Source: an uncultured Verrucomicrobiota bacterium (GTDB lineage: Bacteria > Auribacterota > JABMQX01). From it: DNA of 64,000 bases. Numbering within the stretch: the first letter of the stretch is position 1; every line of letters begins with the position of its first letter. The translations under genes and the position numbers were made by a program. The DNA is taken from NCBI GenBank assembly GCA_964640185.1, contig CAZXGF010000010.1:64162-128161 (forward strand). The letters run 5' to 3'. Positions 54,260 through 62,981 of this stretch are shown one piece after another. Below the pieces are notes generated by a model. The model did no database searches, was not told the origin of the DNA, and saw nothing but the letters and a program-made list of their open reading frames with translations.

Positions 54260-57200
54260 TCAGGGCAACGCCGGCGTTACGAGGCGATAGAAACGGGCGC
54301 CGACGCGGCTGGCGTCCGGGTCATGGACTTCGATTACGCCGCCGTCGGTTTGAGCGGGAACATCGCGTAGCTTCAACCACGTGCCGCTGGTAAACGTGTC
54401 GCGGTAGAGGATGGTGTAGGACTCTCCAGCGACGGCGGTGAAACGCACGACAACTGACGCGCTGCCGCTGCTGATAGAATCCATTTTCAAGAAGCTGGTC
54501 GCGTCGTGCGGATGTGTGCCGCAGAGGTATTCCTGTAAATTAGTGAACCCGTCGCCATCCGGGTCGCCTGAGGGGCCGTCGTTGCCGGTTGCGGTATTGG
54601 GGTCGAGGCCGTTGGCTGACTCCCATTCGTCGGGCAAACCGTCGCCATCAGTATCGAGAGCATTTTCGTCGTCGTCCTGTCCGGGCGAGCCACCGATGTC
54701 TGCGCTCGGGCACCAACCGGCTTTGCTCCCCCAAGTGTCCAATGCGGCGTTCTCATTCCGGATGACCAGTGAAAAGCCATCGCCGTCGGTGACGGGGTAC
54801 CAGTCGTCGTCGTAATCAAAGTCGAGAATGATTTCGCCAGCCGCGTCCTCGAGGCGAAGGTTCTCCCCACCATTATCGAGATCGCCGGTGTATTCTCCAG
54901 CGATGTTGCCGAGGGCGCCGTAACGGACGTTAACCGCAGCCTGACTTTTTACGACGAGCGCCAGCTCGCCCGGGGCGAGGGTGGTGAGCTCGCTGCCAGC
55001 GAAGGAAAAAGCGATTCCGTTCGTGAACCGCACACCGGTCAGGTCGAGAAGCGTGGTTGCAATATTTTTCAGCTCGATGAACTCGAAATCGTTCTCAACG
55101 AAGCGGGGGTTGGCGAGCAGTTCCTCGGCGGAGGGATCGAGCGGATGATAGTTGATCTCGGTGATGACCAGATTTCCGGCCCTGGCAACCGGATGGATGG
55201 AGAACCAAGCTCTGGTCTGGCCGGACCAATCGCTCATGGTGTTAACGCTGTAGTTCGGGTTCAGATTTGAGTTTGTCTTCCGGGCGCGCGCGACGACCTC
55301 GGTGGTATCCGTAATCGCAATCGGCCCATTGTACACCCTCGCGTCCTTGGGCACGCCTCCGCCGGGCAGGCGGGGATCGGAGCCATCGAGCGTGTAATAG
55401 ATGCGCGCCTTGGCCGGGGCCGTCATGGTGAGCGTGAAGCCGGGGGTGATCTGCCCGCCAGTGCTGCTGAAGACCGGCGGGGCCACAAGCTGGCTGTCCA
55501 TCCATGCGAGTCGGGTCGCGAGCCAATCTTTCAAGTGGTCAACCTCGCCCTGAAATGTTCCGCCGTACTGTGCGCGGGGCCTCTGGCTCCACCTCTGCAA
55601 ATCGCGGACCTGAGCCTCCTGAATCTCGTCAGCCATCGAGTCAATGATGGAGTGGATGTTGCTTGCGCTGAACTGATTTTTCCTGAGTTCCTGCCAGCGG
55701 TCTATGTATCTCTGAAAAAAGTCGGGGTCCTGGAACATTCGGCCCCACCAGGGATAATTGAAAAAGTCGGTTCCGCCCTGCCAACCCGTCGGGTCGGCGT
55801 CGCGGCCATCGGTGGAGCCCATCGTGCGGTCGAAGTCCCAGATGGGCCCGAAGGTGAGTTTCCCCTCTCTCGGCTTGTACATGTAAGTGCTCAATCGAAA
55901 AGCGTCCGGGTTTTTGGTGAGTATATTCAGTAAATGGTGGTCAACCGCGGCATCCACGTCAATGAATTGGGCGTAACCGAGGTCCGGGTCGGTGAAGTTC
56001 GTTCCATTCAGCGCAATCGCGAAGCTGTTCATGAAATCGCTGATATACTGCTTCTGGGCGTCTCGATCCGGACGTTCTATATCCACTTCTTTCGGGTAAA
56101 CGTAGCACAGCGACTGCCCTGCGGCGTAGAAGCCGCTGTCGCCCGGATCGAGTCGGTCAATCTTCAGCATGTATCCGCCGGTGACCCCCGGTTCGCGGTC
56201 GTGTTCGGGAAACAGCCTCTTGACATTGACTCGGTCTTCGTCCCGACTGATTTTCTCGATGAAGGCATAGACGCCCCAGTAGTCCGCCTGCGATAAGGCG
56301 CCGCCCCCCGTATTGAGGAATACCTCGACGAACCGCGATCGCGTGGCATAGCGCCCGACCTGATTGCTCAGCTCGTAAATGAAGGGGTTTCGCATCAGCG
56401 CCAGGTCGAAGTTGTACGGCCCCCACAAGACCCAATCGGATTCCCCGGGCATTCCCAGAGGCGAAATGTTCTTCTCTTCGTTCACCTCATTCCACGCTTC
56501 AAGGGCGAGCGAAGGCTTTGGTCGTCCTGCCGTGCTGGAGCCGCGAATCTTGATTCCAGCGCGTGTGGCCAGGTCAGGAAGCTTCGTCAAAGAACTCCTG
56601 CCTTTACCTTGCTCGAAGACCGCCATAAGGACCGGCTGAAATGAGTTTTGAGACATCCATCCGGCGCCGAAATTCTCGAGGACCACCAGCGGCAGGTTGG
56701 AAGTAAAATCCATCACGGTAGGGCCCAGAGCGACGTACGTCTCGCTGACGGTGGGGCCCTCGCCGAAGCCCGCCTCGAACACTTTGGCCCGCAACTGCCT
56801 CGTCCCCGAAACGCTGAGCGGCCCGGTGTAAACGGGCGACGATTGATTGGGTACGCTCCCGTCCCGGGTGTAACGAATCACGGCGTCATCGGTGGCATCG
56901 TCCGGCAGCTCCAATTCCACGGAAAGCGATTTGACAAAGGTGCAACTGGGAATGGAGAAACGCGCCTTGCCGGCCATGCCGGGGAACGCGGGCCCGTTCG
57001 GCATCCCCGGCGTCGGCGATTGCAAGTAGCCAACCATTTCCGTACCGGACTTGTCACCTAAGCCGTACGAGACATCGGGGCGCTGGTCGGGATATTTCGG
57101 AAAGAACTCCGAAACCGGATGCTTGTCGGGGCTCAAGAGAGCCAGATACTCCCCACTGCCGCCCAATTTGAAGTTCGTGTGAAGCGGGGCGCCGAGCATC

Positions 57201-57664
57201 GCGCGGTCTTTCCCGGAAGCGAACACTATCATGTAGCGCTGGGAGGACAAAGTCACTCCGGGGAAACGCCATTGGTGAGCGGCGTCGGTCAGATACCAGC
57301 CGTCGAGGTTCACGGCCGACTTGGAGGGATTATGAATCTCGATCCAGTCCGAGCGGTCATCGTCGTCGTCAATCAGCGTTTTCGTGTTGATAGCCATGAA
57401 CTCCGTGAGCTGCAAAGTGCCCGCAGCGGCGGCGGGGAAGAAAATGACGACACAGACGAGGAAAACCAGAAGGATGATCGCCCGTGAGCGCGGGATGCGG
57501 AGGTTGATGAAGTTTTGGTTCCTCTGCGACCGGGGGAATGGTTCAGCAAGCAAGCTGAGCGCTTTGCTTTTCGAGCATTTGGGCATCACAAACCCGCAAC
57601 CACGGAGGGCCAACTCCTGAACAACACCGAGATGCCGTCTGTAATCAATGCTGCAAGGCTTCAA
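54260..57664 (-). CDS. giant secreted protein (1134 aa) with two lamin-tail (LTD) domains, a CotH-like central region and thrombospondin-type-3/Ca-binding Asp-rich repeats
   Basis: N-terminal TM/signal (IILLVFLVCVVIFFPAAAAG). LTD-like LTEFMAINTK...WIEIHNP and LVITEINYHPLDP...FEFIELKNI. DPDGDGLPDEWE...DPDGDGFTNLQE repeats. Confidence 0.6.
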   Translation of the reverse strand: MKPCSIDYRRHLGVVQELALRGCGFVMPKCSKSKALSLLAEPFPRSQRNQNFINLRIPRSRAIILLVFLVCVVIFFPAAAAGTLQLTEFMAINTKTLIDDDDDRSDWIEIHNPSKSAVNLDGWYLTDAAHQWRFPGVTLSSQRYMIVFASGKDRAMLGAPLHTNFKLGGSGEYLALLSPDKHPVSEFFPKYPDQRPDVSYGLGDKSGTEMVGYLQSPTPGMPNGPAFPGMAGKARFSIPSCTFVKSLSVELELPDDATDDAVIRYTRDGSVPNQSSPVYTGPLSVSGTRQLRAKVFEAGFGEGPTVSETYVALGPTVMDFTSNLPLVVLENFGAGWMSQNSFQPVLMAVFEQGKGRSSLTKLPDLATRAGIKIRGSSTAGRPKPSLALEAWNEVNEEKNISPLGMPGESDWVLWGPYNFDLALMRNPFIYELSNQVGRYATRSRFVEVFLNTGGGALSQADYWGVYAFIEKISRDEDRVNVKRLFPEHDREPGVTGGYMLKIDRLDPGDSGFYAAGQSLCYVYPKEVDIERPDRDAQKQYISDFMNSFAIALNGTNFTDPDLGYAQFIDVDAAVDHHLLNILTKNPDAFRLSTYMYKPREGKLTFGPIWDFDRTMGSTDGRDADPTGWQGGTDFFNYPWWGRMFQDPDFFQRYIDRWQELRKNQFSASNIHSIIDSMADEIQEAQVRDLQRWSQRPRAQYGGTFQGEVDHLKDWLATRLAWMDSQLVAPPVFSSTGGQITPGFTLTMTAPAKARIYYTLDGSDPRLPGGGVPKDARVYNGPIAITDTTEVVARARKTNSNLNPNYSVNTMSDWSGQTRAWFSIHPVARAGNLVITEINYHPLDPSAEELLANPRFVENDFEFIELKNIATTLLDLTGVRFTNGIAFSFAGSELTTLAPGELALVVKSQAAVNVRYGALGNIAGEYTGDLDNGGENLRLEDAAGEIILDFDYDDDWYPVTDGDGFSLVIRNENAALDTWGSKAGWCPSADIGGSPGQDDDENALDTDGDGLPDEWESANGLDPNTATGNDGPSGDPDGDGFTNLQEYLCGTHPHDATSFLKMDSISSGSASVVVRFTAVAGESYTILYRDTFTSGTWLKLRDVPAQTDGGVIEVHDPDASRVGARFYRLVTPALP

Positions 57665-58164
57665 TGAAAATCACCTGCCCGGCCTGAGAGACTGTCGGAT
57701 TCGGCTCGAACAAACACTCGCAAGCGGTCAAGGTTTTCTCTGCTCGGGCGAGCTCGATTCTTACCGAGGTTTTGACCACGCGTAAACCTATTCCCTTCGA
57801 ACCGAAGCACTCGTATGAGCATATCATTATGCCGCGGCCCGGTCAATAGTGGCGCCGCCTCGGGAATAGGTGGACTCGTCCCTCGGGATTTCCCAAAACC
57901 ACAGACCCCCGCGCACACCTCCTTTCGCGAATGACGCCTTTGCGAATCGCGAGGAAGCAGCGAGGGAGCCGAGCGACATAATCGGTCGGTCTCTCGGAGC
58001 TCGCCTCGGTCGAGGTCCTCCGGCGGTGGGCGTACAACCCCAGGCCCTGCGGAACGGTTGGGTTGCCGTTCTCGCATTCCTGCGGAGGCCGCCGTCGCGA
58101 CAAGGCGATGCAATGCCGCCAGTGCGCGATGCCAAAATGGGGTCGCTGTGGTTACCGCGCCTGA

Positions 58165-59517
58165 TTACAGATGGTATGGGTGGCGCTGTGGCCTACTCAT
58201 CAAGCGCCGGGCCTCTGCGTCGCCGACGATCTCCTTCTTAGCTTGGTCCCAACGGAGCTTGCGGCCAAGGATGAAGGAAAGGTTGCCGAGAACGCACAGA
58301 TTGGCTACACCGACTGCCGCATCAATGTTCATGACGGTCTTGGCGCCGGTCTTGATGCCCTTAAACCAGTCCTCCATGTGCCCCGGGCTTTTGTAAACAT
58401 CCTTTGCGCCGGCGGGCGGCGCCCATTCGCGGACTTTTCTCTCAGCCCACGTGCCGCCATCGCCGCCCCAATGGGTGAACGTGCCCTTGGTGCCGTGATA
58501 GACCGCGCCGTAGCCGGGACGGACGATTCTGGCCTCGCCCTTCTTCCTCTCCTCGGCAGGAGGAGCGTTGCCGGTATGCTGGTCCCAGATGAGAACCCAG
58601 TCGGGGTTCTTGAAGGTGTAAGTGACGTGCATGGTGACGGCGGCGTCCCACAAGCCCTTGGTCGGCGAAGTGCCCGTCGCCTCAATGGTGACGGGGCCGG
58701 TTCCGTCGGCGCCCATCCACCACATGGCGCAGCTCATCACGTGGGCGCCGCGGTCGCGAATCTGCCCGCCGCCGGACTCCAATACCCAGCGAAATGTGCC
58801 GGGGAGATACTTTCTATTGTATGGTCGCCAGCGCAGCGGTCCCAACCACATGTCCCAGTCCAGCTCGGGTGGCGGATCACTGTCCGGGACCGGGTTATTG
58901 TCCGCAGGACTGTTGTAGTGAAAACACCATACCTTACTGATGTGGCCGATGTTGCCGTTGACCAGGTACCGGTGCAAGAGATAAGCCTCCGGCTGCGACC
59001 GTCCCTGCGAGCCGACCTGGATGGCCACCTTGTTCTTCCTTCCGGCTGCGGCCATCGCCTGTCCCTCCTCGATAGTGCAGCACGCCGGCTTTTCCACGTA
59101 GATGTGCTTGCCGCATTCGGCGGCGTGGACCGTCTGAACGGCGTGCCAGTGGTCGGGCGTAGCAATCACCACCGCGTCAATGTCCTTGCGCTGGAGAACG
59201 TAGCGGTAGTCGCGGTAGGGCGTGACGGTTTTCTTTGACCATTTCGCCTGGTACGTCGCCGCGCGGGCGAGCCTTTTCTCGTCCACATCGCAGACTGCTG
59301 CACAGTCAGCCTGGTCGCCAATTTTGGACCTCATCATTCCGTTCATGAGGCCCGTGCCTCTCCCGCCCGAACCGATCAGGGCAACTGCCACTCGGTCGTT
59401 TGCCCCCGGTCTGCCCGGGGCAGCCAGCACCCCTGACGGAATGATGTACGGAGCGCTTATCGCCGCGCCCACACTCGCCAAAAACTGGCGTCGGTTCATT
59501 TTGCTTTGCTTGCTCAT
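58165..59517 (-). CDS. Gfo/Idh/MocA-family NAD(P)-dependent oxidoreductase with a Tat signal
   Basis: MNRRQFLASVGAAISAPYI Tat leader. Rossmann fold VALIGSGGRG, EKP motif (IYVEKPAC). Confidence 0.85.
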   Translation of the reverse strand: MSKQSKMNRRQFLASVGAAISAPYIIPSGVLAAPGRPGANDRVAVALIGSGGRGTGLMNGMMRSKIGDQADCAAVCDVDEKRLARAATYQAKWSKKTVTPYRDYRYVLQRKDIDAVVIATPDHWHAVQTVHAAECGKHIYVEKPACCTIEEGQAMAAAGRKNKVAIQVGSQGRSQPEAYLLHRYLVNGNIGHISKVWCFHYNSPADNNPVPDSDPPPELDWDMWLGPLRWRPYNRKYLPGTFRWVLESGGGQIRDRGAHVMSCAMWWMGADGTGPVTIEATGTSPTKGLWDAAVTMHVTYTFKNPDWVLIWDQHTGNAPPAEERKKGEARIVRPGYGAVYHGTKGTFTHWGGDGGTWAERKVREWAPPAGAKDVYKSPGHMEDWFKGIKTGAKTVMNIDAAVGVANLCVLGNLSFILGRKLRWDQAKKEIVGDAEARRLMSRPQRHPYHL

Positions 59518-59571
59518 CGTATTTCCACCTCTCTGTCTGGAGTCAGATTGAGTAATTTCTTATTCGGAGCG

Positions 59572-60213
59572 TCACCCCGCGGGTTTCAGGCTCGTCTTGC
59601 GCGTCGGTACAAGCTTCTGGCACGGAAGCCCCGGAACCTCCACGCCGCGTGCTCGCAGCGATTGGGCGATGTTGATCTTGAACTCCTGTGGCACGGCCTT
59701 CAGTGCCCTTTTGAGGGCTGCAAGAGACCTTTTGCCCGGCAGTCGCTGGAGAACCATCCGCGCATCCTCCCGCAACTCCTTATTCGATAACAATGCCGCC
59801 ACGGGACCGACGCACCTGCCGCCGCCGATCTCCGACAACATCCACACCACTTCCCGCCGGACCGCCGCCGGCTGATTCTCGCCTAACAGCCCGAGCAGTT
59901 CGGGAACGACCGGCCTTTTCTCCCGGGCGGCTCCGGGACGACCGACGTAACGGACGATTTTCCACAAGCCACGCCTCGCGGCCCGGGCGACCTCGAAGTC
60001 CTCGTCGCTCATCACCGCTGCCAGGGGCTTGACCGCCGGCGCCCCGATTTTTCCGGCACTGAGCAAGGCCTTGGCTCGGACCTTGTCGTCCTTGTCCCGG
60101 ACCTTGGCAATCAGGTCGGCGACCGCGTCAACTCCCGCCGCCTCAGACTCGGCCGCAAGAGCCGCAACTGCCGAGATGGCGACCGCCGCCTTTTTCACTC
60201 TCTTTTCAGACAT
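59572..60213 (-). CDS. HEAT-repeat protein
   Basis: Start trimmed to MSEKRVKK. Repeated ...VR..A..ALG.IG helical repeats (DDKVRAKALLSAGKIG, DFEVARAARRGLWKI, AVRREVVWMLSEIG). Confidence 0.6.
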   Translation of the reverse strand: MSEKRVKKAAVAISAVAALAAESEAAGVDAVADLIAKVRDKDDKVRAKALLSAGKIGAPAVKPLAAVMSDEDFEVARAARRGLWKIVRYVGRPGAAREKRPVVPELLGLLGENQPAAVRREVVWMLSEIGGGRCVGPVAALLSNKELREDARMVLQRLPGKRSLAALKRALKAVPQEFKINIAQSLRARGVEVPGLPCQKLVPTRKTSLKPAG

Positions 60214-60423
60214 ATTCAAACCCTCCTTGATTGAATCCCACTTCTGCCACAATACACTACCCTGCCGCTACCAAAGGCGCGCAAAAAACTCCAGCTATGG
60301 GCTAAAAGAATATATACCACAACTATGCTCCCCGAATGCAAGGTTAAAAAAGCGCGCTTGCCGGCAGCCATGAAGCGTTGCGGGGTTTGCTATTTTATCG
60401 GCGGTGGCTCGCCGGCCGCCTGC

Positions 60424-61773
60424 TCACAGGTGGTATGGATGGCGCTGTGGCCGACTCATTAGGCGCCGGGCCTCTGCGTCACCGACGATCTCCCCTTTAG
60501 CCTGATCCCAACGGAGCTTGCGGCCGAGGATAAAAGAGAGGTTGCCCAGGACGCACAGGTTGGCCACTCCGACCCCGGCCTCGATGTTCATGATGGTCTT
60601 GGCGCCGGTCTTGATACCCTTGAACCAGTCTTCCATGTGGCCGGGGCTCTTATAGACATCTTTTGCTCCGGCAGGCGGCGCCCATTCGCGGGCTTTTCTC
60701 TCGGCCCAGACCTCGCCGCATCCCCAGTGAGTGAACGTCCCCGTGGTACCGTGATAGACCGCCCCGTAGCCGGGACGGAGGATCCTGGCCTCGCCTTTCT
60801 TTCTCTCCTCCGGCGGGGGGGCGTTGCCGGTGTGCTGATCCCAGATCAGAACCCAATCGGGGCTCTTGAACGTGTAGGTCACGTGCATGGTGACGGCGGC
60901 ATCCCACAGGCCCTTGGTCGGCGAAGTACCCCTGGCCTCTACGGTAACCGGCCCGGCGCCGTCGGCGCCCATCCACCACATGGTGAGGCTCATGTCGTGG
61001 GCGCCGCGGTCGCGAATCTGCCCGCCGCCGGACTCCATTACCCAACGAAACGTGCCGGGGAGATACCTCCTATTGTATGGACGCCAGCGCAACGGGCCCA
61101 GCCACATGTCCCAATCAAGCTCAGGCGGGGGATCGCTGTCGGGGACCGGGTTGTTGTCCACAGGGCTGTTATAGTGAAAACACCATACCTTGGAGATGTG
61201 GCCGATGTTCCCGTTGACCAGGTACCGGTGCGCCAGATAACCTTCCGGGTGCGATCGTCCTTGGGAGCCGACCTGGACGGCCACTTTGTTCTGTTCCGCC
61301 GCCCTGACCATCGCCTTGCCTTCCCCGATGGTGCAGCAAGCCGGCTTTTCCACGTAGATGTGCTTGCCGCATTCGGCGGCGTGGACCATCTGGACCGCAT
61401 GCCAGTGATCGGGAGTGGCAATCACCACCGCGTCAATGTCCTTGCGCTCCAGAATATAGCGGTAGTCGCGATAGGGCGTGACGCGTCTTTTCGCCCACCT
61501 CGCCTCCCACTTCGCTGCATCGGCGAGTCTTTTCTCGTCAACATCGCAGACGGCTGCGCACTGAGCCTGGTCGGCAATTTTTGACGTCCTTATCCAGTTC
61601 ATCAGGCTTCTGCCCCGCCCGCCCGCGCCGATCAGGGCAACTGCCACTCGGTCGTTTGCCCCCGGTTCGCCCGAGGCAGCCAACACGCCTGACGGAATGA
61701 TATACGGAGCGCTTATCGCCGCGCCCATAGTCGCCAGAAACTGGCGTCGGTTCATTTTGTTTTGCTTGCTCAT
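60424..61773 (-). CDS. Gfo/Idh/MocA-family oxidoreductase with a Tat signal (tandem paralog, about 88% identical by eye to 58165-59517)
   Basis: Near-identical N-terminus MSKQNKMNRRQFLATMGAAISAPYIIPSGVLAA and conserved core. Confidence 0.85.
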   Translation of the reverse strand: MSKQNKMNRRQFLATMGAAISAPYIIPSGVLAASGEPGANDRVAVALIGAGGRGRSLMNWIRTSKIADQAQCAAVCDVDEKRLADAAKWEARWAKRRVTPYRDYRYILERKDIDAVVIATPDHWHAVQMVHAAECGKHIYVEKPACCTIGEGKAMVRAAEQNKVAVQVGSQGRSHPEGYLAHRYLVNGNIGHISKVWCFHYNSPVDNNPVPDSDPPPELDWDMWLGPLRWRPYNRRYLPGTFRWVMESGGGQIRDRGAHDMSLTMWWMGADGAGPVTVEARGTSPTKGLWDAAVTMHVTYTFKSPDWVLIWDQHTGNAPPPEERKKGEARILRPGYGAVYHGTTGTFTHWGCGEVWAERKAREWAPPAGAKDVYKSPGHMEDWFKGIKTGAKTIMNIEAGVGVANLCVLGNLSFILGRKLRWDQAKGEIVGDAEARRLMSRPQRHPYHL

Positions 61774-61880
61774 CGTATTTCCACCTCTCTGTCTGGGCTC
61801 AGATTGAGTAATCTCTTATCCGGAGAGTCACCCCACGAGTTTTCCACTCTCTTTTCAGACATATTCAAACCCTCCTTATT
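61774..61880 (-). repeat. remnant of the duplicated Gfo-HEAT unit: only the 5' end of a second HEAT gene and its upstream leader remain
   Basis: ...ccactctcttttcagacatattcaaaccctcctt here matches ...cactctcttttcagacatattcaaaccctcctt at the start of the intact HEAT gene (about 60205-60250). The downstream leader motifs cccgaa(a)atgcaagg(c/t)taaaag are also shared. Confidence 0.5.
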
Positions 61881-62360
61881 GGATCCGGGTTTTTTCGCAG
61901 TGGCTCCGTTTAGCAACCATGAAAACTGACCGGAGACTCATAGGAACTCCTTATTACTAAGGATAACAAAATCATAGCCCGAAAATGCAAGGCTAAAAGT
62001 CCTCGGGCTGGAGTGTTTCACTTACGGGCGGCTGAGGCTGCAACAGCGCAGCGCGCATACGACGCCGAGGCGCCATTGTACCGCTCTCGCCCCCGCTGAG
62101 GGCGAGACGCCCTCAGGACTGCCGTCCCGCCATGGCGGGGTGTCCTTCTCACCTTATTCTTTGCGCCTTTGCGCCTTTGCGTTAATCTGCTGTTCCCTTC
62201 TTGCCTCCTCCGCCTCGGCCGGCTGTCCGCCCGAGACTGAGCGATTACCTCGTCTCGGCACAATGCTCTGTCGTCTGTTTTACGTGGGAGCTACGGCCGT
62301 TGGCAGATGGCCGGCATGAGCGGGAAAGGGAAGTCCAATCGGACGCAGGCAGCAGGATCA

Positions 62361-62855
62361 TCAAAGCCCTGTGAAGGTGTAACTTCCCAGGTTGTACAGC
62401 CTTCTTTTCTTCTCTTCGCTGATGTGGGCGGCGACTATTTCGCCGACGAAGATTGTGTGGTCGCCCGTCTCGATTTCGCCCACGACCCTGCACTCGAAGT
62501 TCGCAACGCAGCCTTCAATCAGCGGCGGGCGAACTTTTTTCGCCGGGACGGCCACCAAGCCCGTCTCCTTGAACTTATCCACGTCGCGTCCACTGTGAGT
62601 TCCGCAATAGAGGACCTCCTTACCCATCTCCTCGCTCGGGAAAGCCACGACGAATTCGCGCGATTCCGAGATGAGTTTGTGGCTGTGTCGCGTTTTGCCG
62701 ACGGAAATTGCCATCATCGGTGGGTCAAAGGAAGTGGGCATGCACCAGCCGAGGGAGATGATATTCGCCTTGCCCTCGGAATCAATCGAGACAGCCCAGG
62801 AAACTTGCTCCGGATACTTCCGTTTCCACGCTTCTTCGACCGAGACCTCTTTCAT
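62361..62855 (-). CDS. flavin reductase-like FMN-binding split-barrel protein
   Basis: 164 aa with the flavin_reduct-family pattern (ISLGWCMP...VAFPSEEM...GDHTIFVGEIV). Confidence 0.75.
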   Translation of the reverse strand: MKEVSVEEAWKRKYPEQVSWAVSIDSEGKANIISLGWCMPTSFDPPMMAISVGKTRHSHKLISESREFVVAFPSEEMGKEVLYCGTHSGRDVDKFKETGLVAVPAKKVRPPLIEGCVANFECRVVGEIETGDHTIFVGEIVAAHISEEKKRRLYNLGSYTFTGL

Positions 62856-62981
62856 TATATCCCGCTCTTTCCCAGGTAACGATGCAGACGAGCTGCTGCC
62901 TGTCGTGGAGATCGCGTTTTCAACAGCGAAGTCGGCTCTTCCTTCGTGTGGATTCTATTGCGCGCGAATCGAGGCAGGCTC

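Noticed and set aside
52628-54370. 580-aa and 415-aa plus-strand ORFs (52628-54370, 53043-54290)
   Set aside because: They are antisense to the sugar-isomerase gene and run through the adjacent intergenic gap. They are Arg/Ala-rich with no motifs, so I judged them artefacts.
58171-61584. 355-aa and 315-aa plus-strand ORFs antisense to the two Gfo/Idh/MocA genes, and the 331-aa ORF at 62946-63941 antisense to the ABC ATPase
   Set aside because: In each case the opposite strand has a strongly supported gene. The products are Arg/Gly-rich low-complexity sequences.
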